A stretch of 63,138 nucleotides of DNA, counting the filler, from Choristocarpus tenellus KU-1152 (lineage: Eukaryota > Protista > Phaeophyceae): the NCBI GenBank assembly GCA_964200185.2. It is 4 parts of 4 records of this genome, joined end to end, with 100 filler letters (N's around TTAATTAATTAA, not from the genome) between each part and the next. Parts side by side here need not be neighbours in the genome. Positions count along the whole stretch, not along the records: positions 27,781 to 45,819 come from CAXNAD020000587.1; positions 45,920 to 55,282 come from CAXNAD020003747.1; 2 more parts are not named here. One strand, given 5' to 3'. A program made the translations under genes and the position numbers. This document shows positions 38,702-49,700 of this stretch, piece after piece; the stretch's first letter is position 1, and each line of letters starts with the position of its first letter. The notes beneath the pieces are model-generated. The model was given only the letters and a program-made list of their open reading frames with translations, did no database searches and was not told where the DNA came from.

Positions 38702-39831
38702 TTACGCATTGTCGAATAGTGTCGCGTATTTTAGGTGCCGCGCGATATGGTGGTCTACTAACAGGTTTAGTGCCTGATTGTAGTGGAACTCAACAGAAGT
38801 AGTAGTGCAGCAACCTAATTCTTTTTCGGAAAATGAAAAGACTGGTCTGAATTTAGCCACTATATCTAGTAATTCCTCTTGTTCAGACAGTGTCAGTTGA
38901 GTATTTGTAGAAGCCTTCTTAGAAAAAAACAACTTCAATTCCTCCCTAGCCTGTTTCAGTTCCTCGGGGGTAGATGGTGTGGCTGCAACTGCTCTTACTG
39001 TGCTATCTGACAGGGTATATGTTTTTGAAACAGGGGAAATATGACCAACTACAAATTTTGCGGGTAACTTGATCCCTTTTTGTGAAAGATTGGCAATTTT
39101 GACTAGACATCCTCCATCTTCTTCCCAATCAGAGAGGGTTCGACTGACCATTATGTGTTGCCAGTGGGGATGTATGTCGTCCTCATGCTGGAGGTCTGTG
39201 CCATTGTAAATGATAGGTTCCACCACTGCATCGGTAGCTGTTCCTCGAAGTGCCTGAGAACAAACTGGAACAAACGTTTCCATACCAGAGGGAAGGAATA
39301 TCTTCTTTACTGTGTGCACTGGTGTAGTAAATTCAGATGTGATTACTGAAATTGAAAAATGAGATGCGTTTCCAGTCTGGCAAAAATCTTTTGGGGGGGA
39401 ACGGATGGGAAGGGGTACAATATTGTGTTTTGCTGGGATGCATTGATCACTGTTTTTAAGCGACATCTCCTCTCTCTCCCAACCTAGCACTGCCCCAAAT
39501 GCTGACATAATGCCGACATAATGCTGTTATCCAACAAAATTTTATCTACTCCCAGATTAGGTATGACCACTGCTTGGACAGGCATTCATATGTCATCAAG
39601 TTGTAGTGTAAATTGAATGAAACCATTAACAGAGAGAGGTCTACCACCTGCTCCTTTTAAATTCCGAGCGCCTGCTAGAATCTCCCGAATGGGTGCTTTG
39701 CAAAGTGTTGGGTGGGCTTCAATATATCTGAGAGATATTACTGGAATGTCAGTAGCAGTATCAACAGTAATACTCGTTAAAAGGTTCATTTTCAACATAC
39801 CCAGGAATTCTTTATCGGCGAGATGAAACAT
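38702..39831 (-). pseudogene. Gypsy aspartic protease and long PR-RT spacer
   Basis: VDTATDIPVIS (DTG-like), LKGAGGRPLSVNG; the 268-aa ORF includes MVSRTL...LVKIANLSQKGIKLPAKFVVG. Confidence 0.75.
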
Positions 39832-40417
39832 TTAGCACGCAATGGGAGTTAGAATAGTGTTGGATTGCTGATGTGTGCCAACAGTATGAAAAAGTGGAAT
39901 AACACATTTGAGGTGTAAGAGAAATGTCACCCATGCCTAAAAGAGGTTGTGGGGAAACAGAAAGAGCAGATGCAACAGTTGTTACATGTCCTGCTTGTGG
40001 CAACTTTTGGTGTGCTGACCTTGAATGTATGAAGTGTTGGGTCTTATTTGCTCTCTCCCACATCTGAGTCTGCCCAAAACACCAAGTCCCTAGTTTTTTT
40101 TTACTTCCTAACCCTATAGATTCCGGGGAAACAGAATCAGTGGGGCATCTCTATATTCTCTCATTTCTCACTCTCTCTCCTCCTGTGGTTCTATGTTACC
40201 CTGCAGGGGTTAATTGGAGGAATAGTAGAGATTTCTGACAGGCAATACCTGTTTTGATCACCAATAAAACCCGACAAATTGAACGCGTTTTGTGGTTGTT
40301 GTAGATACACATGAGGGAAAGGTCTAACCCATTTTTGAAATTTGGCAACAAGGGAATAGGACAAAGCCTGTGCTCCAGAATTCATTAGATAAGTCTTTGT
40401 GAGAAGATGTATCATGA

Positions 40418-40918
40418 TCAAGGACTAGCCCCAGTGAATATGGTCGAGGTAGGGTGGGACAATATGTTCATCTTCATATTTAAAGTTTGCATGGCTGCTG
40501 CCACCAAACCTTGGTCATGCGGAGTCCCCTCCATCGCCTCATCGACAATCTTCTTGGCGTAGACGAGTTGGCGATTCATGTACGTCTGGATCTCGAACGT
40601 CGCCACCGCACTGTGTTCGCCATTTTCCTCGTGATCTTCTGTCAACACGCTGAACCGGTTCAGGCCCGAATTACGGGCAGGACCTTCCCTCAGCCTCTGC
40701 TCCGCCATCCCTTCCTGCGCTAGCGAGCCACCAGTGGTGCCTTTGTCTACCAATGTAGACTCGGGAATCGGTTGAGGTTGGGCATTAATGATACCCCCCT
40801 CATTTCCTCCATCAGTTGTCGTGCTTAAGGTTGCCTTCTTCCCTTTCCTTGTAGCCGACTTCTCCTTGCTGTTGGCATTAGATGTGGCAGTAGGTGTGGG
40901 AGCGGTAATGTTAGACAT
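40418..40918 (-). CDS. Gag-like N-terminal ORF (truncated)
   Basis: First ORF after the PBS (MSNITAPTPTATS...), low complexity; no capsid or zinc-knuckle motif recognised. Confidence 0.55.
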   Translation of the reverse strand: MSNITAPTPTATSNANSKEKSATRKGKKATLSTTTDGGNEGGIINAQPQPIPESTLVDKGTTGGSLAQEGMAEQRLREGPARNSGLNRFSVLTEDHEENGEHSAVATFEIQTYMNRQLVYAKKIVDEAMEGTPHDQGLVAAAMQTLNMKMNILSHPTSTIFTGASP

Positions 40919-40947
40919 AATGTGGCGTGAGTTAGACCCCTTGAACA

Positions 40948-40963
40948 CTAGGCGTGAGTACCA
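40948..40963 (-). promoter_or_regulatory. Primer binding site
   Basis: TGGTACTCACGCCTAG begins 1 nt after the 5' LTR; TGG complements tRNA 3' CCA. The tRNA was not identified. Confidence 0.7.
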
Positions 40964-40964
40964 C

Positions 40965-41375
40965 TGTGGAAGTATCAAAGGTGTCAAGTTCTCTGCTCAA
41001 GGGGGCAATCACAATCACCGGAGTGAACTCTTTCACCTCAGAGGGTGAGACCGAGTTTCAAAGGTCTTGACTCAACATCTCAGAACAGATGAGGAAATCC
41101 AGAACAGAACAAAAACCGCAAAACACAACAGATGTTCCCGAATGACTGAGCAATTTCACAGCAAAGGAATGGATCAGTCAGAATCGGAATGTCTCTTCGT
41201 TCTGACAGTCCATTTTCGCTGTTTGGTCAAATCCGGATCTTATGGGTGTGGTTTATTGGACTGGTTGGTATGGGTGAGCTCAAATGACGTAGTTGGCGCG
41301 CACAGTTGTATATTACCGCGCGTCTTATGCACAAGTGTGTGTGTCGGAGATCCCCAAAAAGGAACCTCTCCGACT
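40965..41375 (-). repeat. 5' LTR
   Basis: Direct repeat of 34371-34782 with roughly 20 differences by eye; outer terminus eroded (CTCTCCGACTAG vs CTGTCCCTGACA). Confidence 0.93.
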
Positions 41376-41519
41376 AGTATTCTTTTCTGATTATCCAATG
41401 CGGACGTTACAAATCCCACATGATAGTCTGCACCTACCTGTCTCACCCCACAAGTTGAGTCAGTGGAATCGAGACCATAAGTCTCTTGTAACATTATTGT
41501 TGTATATCTACACCAAGTC

Positions 41520-42400
41520 ACTTATTGTCCTCTATCAAGGCGCACAACCGCGGGTCCAGTGTGTAATATTTCAACGAAAAGAAGATCACAAGTGCCCCCA
41601 TACACCTTGGACACGTAGGGTCTAAGGGAGAGCCTCGATGAAGGCCGAGCAGTGTATGTTGTTGAAGGTGTTTCTTCCATCTCAACTAATAACCCAATCG
41701 CCACACTCATTCCTTGGGCGAATTGTCGAGTAGTAGGGCATGCTCCACCCCATTTGGGAGCCCTACGCCAAACTGCCTCATTCCTCCGAAATGTGGAAAT
41801 GGTAGGGACGCCAGTCTGCACAGAAAGCTGAAGCACATGCATGCCCATCTAAAGAAAGAGTCACAGGCGACTGGGTGGTAGTACTTCTTTGCAATTGCGG
41901 ATAGTCTGGTGGTGGTGTGGAGCTTCCAAAAGTCTGGAGGTAAATAATCTAGGGAGGTGTAGGCTACCTCCCAAAGCTTAGCAAACGCTTCCACCACTTC
42001 TCCATGGTCAATATCTGTCGTGATGGCCGATCGGATATGGCTGGGGCACATCCTATCGGGATATGGTGCAGAGTTGCTGTTTGCTCTCATGAAGGCTGTC
42101 CGCAGGGAGGTAGAGTGTACTCCCCCTCAGAGAGGCACTATCGGTGTTCCCCAGACCCTTTATCTCTTTCCATCCCATCCTTTGCTTCCATTATGACTTG
42201 CCTAACCTCATGAGGATTCTTGTTCAGTCAGGTTCTTGGGAACCAGTACCCTGAAATTCTCTTCTGTCTCCGTGGCTCTGAGCTGTGATAGGATAAGACT
42301 TGCCCCCTTCCTTGGAGATACCTCCATGGTGGTGACCAAGTGCTGCAGTTCGTTTCTGGCAGGAGTTAGGGTCATCTCTGGGGGGCTTCAGTTCTTAAAG
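41520..42400 (-). mobile_element. Degenerate CRE-like non-LTR retrotransposon, RT N-half
   Basis: SAPYPDRM...HIRSAI, PPDFWKLHTTTRLSAI, HPVACD, RQFGVGLPNGVEH, DGRNTFNN (DxxNAFN), YVSKVYG...LLF. Confidence 0.85.
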
Positions 42401-42461
42401 TCTTGTTGTCAATGCAAAAGACTATTATATTATCATGCGTCAGATAGATGTATCAGGGAAA

Positions 42462-42785
42462 AGGGTTAAACTAGATTAGAGGCGTAGCATCATCAGTGTA
42501 GACAAAGAAAGCATTGTGGTTACCAACGTTCAAGGGAGTGTTGTAGTATAACTGGTAATAAAATAGTACGTAGTGTTTGGAGATGTCACTTTCACATTTA
42601 TTTACAACAGTTTCTATTTGTTACTTTTAGAGGGGATCCTTGTGATATTGCTTTGGCTTTTCCACTATCATATCATTATTTCCAAAAATATAGTAATATA
42701 ATATTTTTTTGTTATACCCGCAATAGTGTTGGCAGTCGCCTCCTACACCTACATCAACTGTGTCGTGCCATAACTTTTGATCAAC
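42462..42785 (+). repeat. Right arm of the degenerate long inverted repeat (partner 32030-32268)
   Basis: AGGGTTAAACTAGATTAGAGGCGTAGCA [~44-bp insertion] GGAGTGTTGTAGTATAACTGGTAAT...CTTTCACATTTA...GGGGATCCTTGTGATATTG. Confidence 0.75.
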
Positions 42786-42933
42786 AACTGCTTTCTTATT
42801 GAAAATTAGTTTGTTGCGATCGCATCAGCATGGTTAACCTTATTTGACAGGTCTCGGTTGGTCAACTTGCAGTAATTGTGAGAAATACAGGGCCATACTT
42901 AAATCAAGTAGTCCGTGCGCGCGAATCGCGCAT

Positions 42934-43616
42934 TTAAGGATGATTTTGACGCCAGAACAAGGCCATCTTCACCTGGAGAACATTGGCGTTATCTCTACGT
43001 TCTCTTTCCATTATTTCCCGTTTATTATTCGATGTTGTCACCTGCTGGCTAAGGCTCACTTTTGGGGATCCAGGTCTCTGAACCAGACAATCCACAGAAG
43101 GTGCAGGCCTCCTGTGAGACTTAAATGTCTTGTATACCCTGTCCGATTTGGTGCACTCCATGCCTTTCTCGTTGGAATATACGAGGTGGTAAGCAATGAC
43201 CCAAAGTATCTGGGGGGGGTGGGGAGGTCAACACCAGGGTGTCCATTTGGACCACAACTAGGAAAAGTGCACTTACATTATCCATCCGATGTATGCAACC
43301 CAACCACACAAAAATCGGTACATGAAAAAATTGGCCCCAAATGGACAGTCGCCACCCCCTCCCAGATACTTAGGGGTCAATACTCATCCTGAAGAACCTC
43401 TCCACAATTACTCTGGACAGTCCCTCTTCATCCTTCTTAAGACTGTCAGGAATGTTGGCTTTCATTCCAGGCAGCGTGTAGTCACAATGGCCTCGTACAT
43501 AGTGCTTCGCCCGCCCCCATACCATCTCTATTTGGTTCAATTCTCAGTGATACTTCGGAAGCATCAAGCAGTTTCCTCTAAGACGCTCAACCAGAGTCGT
43601 GTCCTGCGAGTGGCTT
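42934..43616 (-). mobile_element. IS630/Tc1/mariner-superfamily transposase relic (LPKxHCELNxIE type), C-terminal part, interrupted by a MITE
   Basis: Minus strand: [35 protein letters not shown]...ERFFRMSI [MITE] AYHLVY...YKTFKSHRRP; in frame once the MITE and one TSD are removed. Confidence 0.88.
43198..43378. mobile_element. MITE family A, copy 3 (inverted)
   Basis: TIRs GACCCAAAGTATCTGGG / CCCAGATACTTAGGGGTC; TSD AAT. Confidence 0.92.
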
Positions 43617-43654
43617 AAACAGTATTAAGCCGAGGTTAGTCCACGTATCGTTTT

Positions 43655-43979
43655 GGTGGTGATCAATCTTGATTTTTTTGAAAAAGTTGGCCAACGAGTT
43701 AATCGAGGATCAGCACATCAAATGAAAGCTCTGGATCTAAGCTATCACTGGTCCAAATGAATTCTTTCGGAAAACTATGTTTGGTTGTGATAATTCATTC
43801 CGGAGCATTTCCAAGGTTGTGCCGAAACTATTCGGTTAAAATTTAACCTTACCAAAAACAAATTCGAAGAAATTCCTTTGCACCCGTGATAGCTTAGATC
43901 CTGACCTTTCATTTGATATACTCGCCATTGTTTAACTCGTTGGGCAACCTTTAAAAAAAAATCAAGACTGGTATCATCT
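43655..43979. mobile_element. Foldback / long-TIR MITE (~325 bp, arms ~130 bp)
   Basis: TCTTGATTTTTTT..CCAACGAGTTAA..ATCAAATGAAAG..GGATCTAAGCTATCAC is mirrored by GTGATAGCTTAGATCC..CTTTCATTTGAT..TTAACTCGTTGG..AAAAAAATCAAGA. Confidence 0.85.
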
Positions 43980-44237
43980 TAGAGGCGACTGCCAACAACA
44001 CTGTAACATTTTGGAGGTGTGTGAGGGGAAAAACCAATGAAAAACTGTAAGGGAAAACCAAACTTCAATTCCACATACTGGATTGACCAAAGTACATTTT
44101 ACCGACATCCAATCGAACGACTTTAAATAGTCTTAAACAAATTACTTACACCTTGTAAAACGTTGTGCAATCCGTTCAGCTGGTGACCTGTCCTTCTGGA
44201 TCCTCCAAAGAACTAGCCGCGTCGTTCTCTGGTGGTC

Positions 44238-45735
44238 ATGGGTATGGCGAGATCTTTGATCTCCGGTCGACCTCCTGTTTCTGGGACCAATGCTGTTTTT
44301 TCCGAACTTCAGCCTCTTCTCCGTAGTGCCGACACTGATGAAAACTCAAAACCTAGGCGACCCACCAGCATTTTCGACCGGGATAGCCAACGGAGGGATA
44401 ATAGTAGATATATCACCACAATCCTCATGATCAACTACATGATTGGATCGGGTATACTCAACCAGGCACAGGTGTTCAGCTTGAGCGGCGTCGCTGCTGC
44501 CTCCTGTCTCTATGTAGTCGCAGGTGCGTTTTGTGTTGCGCCTTCGTTACACCTTGATCCTCATTCTCAACTAGATTGTTGACAGTGTGCTTTATTACCC
44601 TCTACTTGGTTGAAAAAGGTGTAATCTCTTCTGAGTGGAATGGCAGCAACTTTTCAACTTCCAAAGTTGCAACTTTCAGTATACTCATTAGTGTGTAGAC
44701 TTTCTGTGAGTCCATGCACGTCAACCCACAATGACTGGACAACACCCTTATTTTCCTTTTTAATCCCTCAGCCCTGGCGATATGGCTGGGCCTTGTTGTT
44801 TTGATAGAGGCAGTGGGACGATGCTCTTCTGCTGGCGGTGTGGGTGTACCGGACGAATTAGGATTCTCGGAGCTGGCCATGGTGACGATGGGGGAGAAGG
44901 GATCAAAAGCTATAGACGCCTCCATCATCTTGATGAACTTCGGGGACTGCTGCTCCTATGTCCTCGTTGTTGGTAGCCTTTTGACTTCCCTCTTAGACGA
45001 TTGGACAGGGGGAACGGGAGGGGCCTGGACATCGTTCTATCTTGTGACTTCAGCAGTTGTTATCTTTTTGGTGCTCCCCCTGTGCCTGATTCGCCACTTC
45101 AGCAATCTAAGGCGAGTCAAAATGACTCGAGATTTCCCTGTCGGTCCTTCTCCTCCTGTGCCTCCATCTCTGGGTTCTCTTTTCTTGTATTGGGTATAAT
45201 ATACATACTTTGCACAAGTACAGGATGTTAGTTGTAGCAAAAACGAGGAAGTGAAGGACTGACCGTCCCTCAGAGTTGCATTGGCGATAAATTCTACCTT
45301 TCTCACAATGCAACTTATCCTGATATAGAAATATTGTCATTCCAATCTATCCTCCTTCCCTCCCTAATGCCACATGTTCTCCCGAGATGAGCGCCTCTTT
45401 CAAAGCTTTACCCCCATAACTACCTCTATCTTCCCAACATTTCCATCTCCAAACTTGTCTAATTCGATGCATTTTTCTCGTTCTCCTTTCCATTACAGTG
45501 TAATAGCTACGTTCTCCTTGGGGGCGATTATGTCTGTAGTCTTACTAGTTGTGATTGGCGGTCCCATCTACTCCAGATCTGAGGGTATTTTTGAAGAGGA
45601 TTCAGGTGTGGACACAACTATTTTGTGGTGGAATTGGACGGAAGCTGCTGTCAAGATGGGATCTGTGGTGTTTGCCCTGACAGCAGCACCTGCTGCATTT
45701 CATTCCTACACCTCCATGTACCCACCTTCAGAGAG
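44238..45735 (+). CDS. Amino acid transporter (Aa_trans / SLC38-AVT-like), first three exons; 3' end lost at contig end
   Basis: Exons 44238-44523, 44772-45111, 45499-45735; motifs LMINYMIGSGILNQAQVF, FSELAMVTMG, NFGDCCSYVLVVG, VLPLCLIRHFSNLS; several hydrophobic helices. Confidence 0.88.
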
Positions 45736-45819
45736 GTGAGGGGGATATCCTCTAGGACCTTGAGGTTGGGGGGGGGGGGGGGGGGGGTAGGTGTGGGGGG
45801 GAGTGGGGGTGGTGCTGTG

Positions 45820-45919
45820 NNNNNNNNNNNNNNNNNNNNNNNNNNNNNNNNNNNNNNNNNNNNTTAATTAATTAANNNNNNNNNNNNNNNNNNNNNNNNN
45901 NNNNNNNNNNNNNNNNNNN
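45820..45919. other. Artificial contig spacer
   Basis: N-TTAATTAATTAA-N linker. Confidence 0.97.
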
Positions 45920-46759
45920 TCTAGTCCCCCTTCCTCTTCGCTGCACCCCTTCGCTTCCTTTCCTCTTTTTTTGTTAGCCTCCCCCCCCCCCCCCTCTTGT
46001 TTTGAGGCGTCCCCTCGTCTGCAAGACCCTCTGCGGACAGCCCTCTTGACCTATTGTCTCACTTATTCCCCATCCACAGACTCCTTGGCAGGGGCGTCGA
46101 TAACTCGAGAATGATTTCGAGTCTCGAAAATCGTCATCGACAGGTTTCTACGACAAGTTCTATTCTCTGTGAGAGTCAAATATGATCTTCCTTACTCTCC
46201 TTGTGTAACCTCTAAAAATGGGAGACCCGCCAGCGCTTGCAAAAAGGGTATCACAATTTTCATCCCAACGCCAACTGTTGAAAATTTAGAGATAGGGGAG
46301 TCAACTGTTACACCAACTTGAACCTCAAGTCATCGGGTTTCACCAAATTGCGTCGTAAAAGTAAAACTATTTATGGAAGAAGATTTTGAAATTAGAGGCG
46401 ATCAATTGAATAAAATTTCGGAAAAGAAGGAATTTTAAAAAATGCCTAGAAAGCGAAATAAAAATCCTCACAATTACTTCTCCCCATAAATTCGTATATT
46501 GAGCTATCGGCGCCAAAGGAAGAGACACTCATGTATAGAACACCGAAATTGTGGTACTCTAAACAAAACTGCATTATTTTGATGACTAAACTCCTCCTCC
46601 TGTTGGAGACGTGCATTGAATATGCCGTGAATGCGTTAGAAATCATGCACAGAATATGGAAAAAAAATCCATAAACCAATGTAACTGAACAGGTGAGTGT
46701 CACTGGTTGCCAAAAGACAACACAGTTACTGCTGTACGAAGATCCTCCAAATAGCTCAC

Positions 46760-49700
46760 CATATCACCCATTATGGCCACATTCCCTCCATCCATCCGAA
46801 CATCCATGTCAGCTGAGGAAAGGAAGTTTTGCACATGGAAGGCAACGTCCATGCCCACCTATGGATACACAAAATCCATAAGGATGCATGAAACGCAAAC
46901 AAAAACGCATTGGAAAACAAATAATAAGAACTCATAGCATGGAAAATTCAAAACATGTCTGCACAGGATGTTGTATGGTCACAATTTAAGGGAATTTGCG
47001 TAGTTGGAGAAGACTAGGGATAAAGTTTACGACATTATGTCGTGGCTACTAGAAAACAAAAAAGCACACATGTTTGAAAAGAAGCAACGTATGAGGAAGC
47101 TTCTGAACAACACATGCATTGTTGAGATCAGGAATCGATGTTCTCCTTGCCGCACCTCATCGGCAAGGGTAATGGGACCGACAGGTAGACCGTATGCTTT
47201 CATGACCTTGTCCAACTCCTCCAAACCCACTCCAGCCTCAACAAGAGCAAAGGTCTCTACCAGGTAGGGACCCAAGCATCTAAACATGGGGTTCAATGAA
47301 CAAGATAGGAAGGATGTCAGGTGGTGGCAGTGGCTAGGGATGACCAAAAATACATAACTGACGTCAGAGACTGGTATACAACATAGTATCAAATCAACAC
47401 TCATCAAGAGGCCTTCACCAGCAGAGTTCGTTGAGAAACATGCATGGGTTTCCCTTGTACCTCTGACACCCCCTGCCCTAAATGCAGATACTGAAATATA
47501 TCAAGAGGCAAGAGAGAGGGACTGCATGTGCTGAGAAGGTATGTCTGAGATCTCTTGAGTACAAATCCGATGTATCACAATGTGTGTCAGTTCAGGGTCA
47601 AGTGGGCAGTATAAAGGGGTGATTTTCTACACCTTTTTAACAGCAGGGAATAAGAACCTCCTACCCCACACCTACCACTATCTGATTTCTCACCTTGTCT
47701 CCTTCTATGCTCCAGTTCTGCAACCCCAACCACCATCAATACATCAACATAGCAATACTCGGCTGTCAATCAATAAGCATCAGTAGGAAGTCCAATGTCC
47801 ACAGCATAGAGGTACCGTCCCCCCACCTCTTGGTCCTGCCACTACTATCCCACACCATTCAATACACAAGCTGCACTCATCCACTTCCCCCAAAAATTCC
47901 TCTCACCCCCCTCACTACCAACTCTTAATTCCTTTTTCCACCCCAAGCTCTACTCCCCTATCTACTACTCAACCCTTCCCTCATATTCTCAGCACCTTAG
48001 AACCTTGTCAATTGCATGCTCTCCCTACCTCCCCATCTCCACTCCTAACATTTTATGCCTCTGTTCCCAAACAATTCCCACACCCACCGATTCACGTAGA
48101 AACCAGGCACATCCTTGACCACAATGGTTGTCTTGCCCTGACGGCTGCCCACAGCAACAGCTGAGGCAGACGCCTCCTGTGAGGTCCCCTTGTGTGGGAT
48201 TACCTGCAACATTGTTAGTTCGCATTAAAAATGTGTGTGTGTGTGTGTGTGTATGAGTGAGAGATGCTGTGGGTAGCACCAATTCTGAACGCCCTCAAAA
48301 CACCTTAACATTTTGGAGCCAATCGTGTTATACCCCACCCAAAACCGGACCAGAAGACTTGCATTTCCATCTGTGGAAAATCGGAATTTTAAGGACAGAT
48401 GATGATGTTGGGGGGAGAGGGAAGAGGCACATGCCCTACATTCCAGAACCAAGTGTCATCCCTGCCCGAATCTTCCTACAACCCAGCCTACCTCAAGCAG
48501 CGGCATCATGGGCACAGGAGAGAAATAATGCATGCCCACCACCATCTCTGGCCGCTTCGAGGCAGACGCAATGTCTGCAATAGGGAGTGCGGAGGTATTG
48601 GTGGCAAATACACAGTGTGGGGGGAGGAACTCCTCCACCTGCTTGATCACCCTGTTTCAGGCAAGGGGAAGGTAAAAGGATGGGGATATGGTATGTGCAA
48701 GGTGTGCCATTAAGGACCTTCAATTTAGCTATTTGATTCATATAGAATAAGTAATGAAGCATGTGAAGATACATTATTTGCCCGCATATATCAGAACAGC
48801 TTACATTGGAAGCCCTCGCAAACATGTACTAATAAAACAAATAAATTGTCACCTCGCAACCAGTTGTTTTTGAGGAGCAGAGCAAAGTTTTCAAATGACA
48901 GAGGGTTGGTCTTTCAGGGTGACAAGAATGATACATGATGTGACGGGATAAATTATAGCTCTGAGTCATCTCGACTTGTAAAGACAAAAGAAATGACCAC
49001 CGTGTTTTGTTGGATAGACCTCTCTGAAAGTCAAGATGGAGCAAATTGAGCACGCTAATCACTCTTTCAGTTTCGATAATGGTTCCTGCTTTTTGTTCAG
49101 ATACTCCAAAGTATGACTGGGTGGACCTCTGCTTCTATCTAACACCTGTTCCGCGAAAATGTACAGTATGACAACTTGTTGATTAGTCTCGCCGAGTCTC
49201 GGTTCTTTGTTCGCAAAAAAATGATCTTTAGAGTACTTGTACCCCATTTTGGACCCTCCATTCCAACACCCCTAAACAACATTGGCCACGTCATACAGGT
49301 AAAAGAGAAAACAGAACCACCTTCCAAACCTGCTCTATTTTCGACCATTATCAACTACAACTACTGATTCTTCTTGTCTTTGCTTGGAATTAATGCCAAA
49401 CACTGAGCATACGAGTGTCCCTTCAAAATACGTTACTTGATTGCACTCTGGTTCCTCGGCGATCGATGTTTATTACCAGTCTAGCAACTTTTTGGTCCCC
49501 TATTGGCACTGCTCTTCGGAGTACGATGAAGTCCCTCTCGACATGCCACAGTATGGATTTGTTGGCAATCGTACCAACGACTACTCTTGGGACCTAGTTC
49601 TTGCTCCTCGCAACGGACAACGTGAGGGTTTTGTCCAAGATCTATGCGGGTGCTTGGGGGTAGGGAATTCCGTTCATCGGATCTTCGAACATATTTTTAA

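Larger units (their letters stand above)
34371..41375 (-). mobile_element. Ty3/Gypsy LTR retrotransposon (chromodomain-bearing), two LTRs, degenerate
   Basis: Direct ~410-bp LTRs, PBS and PPT; minus-strand order gag-like, PR, RT, RH, IN, chromodomain; many frameshifts and stops. Confidence 0.97.
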
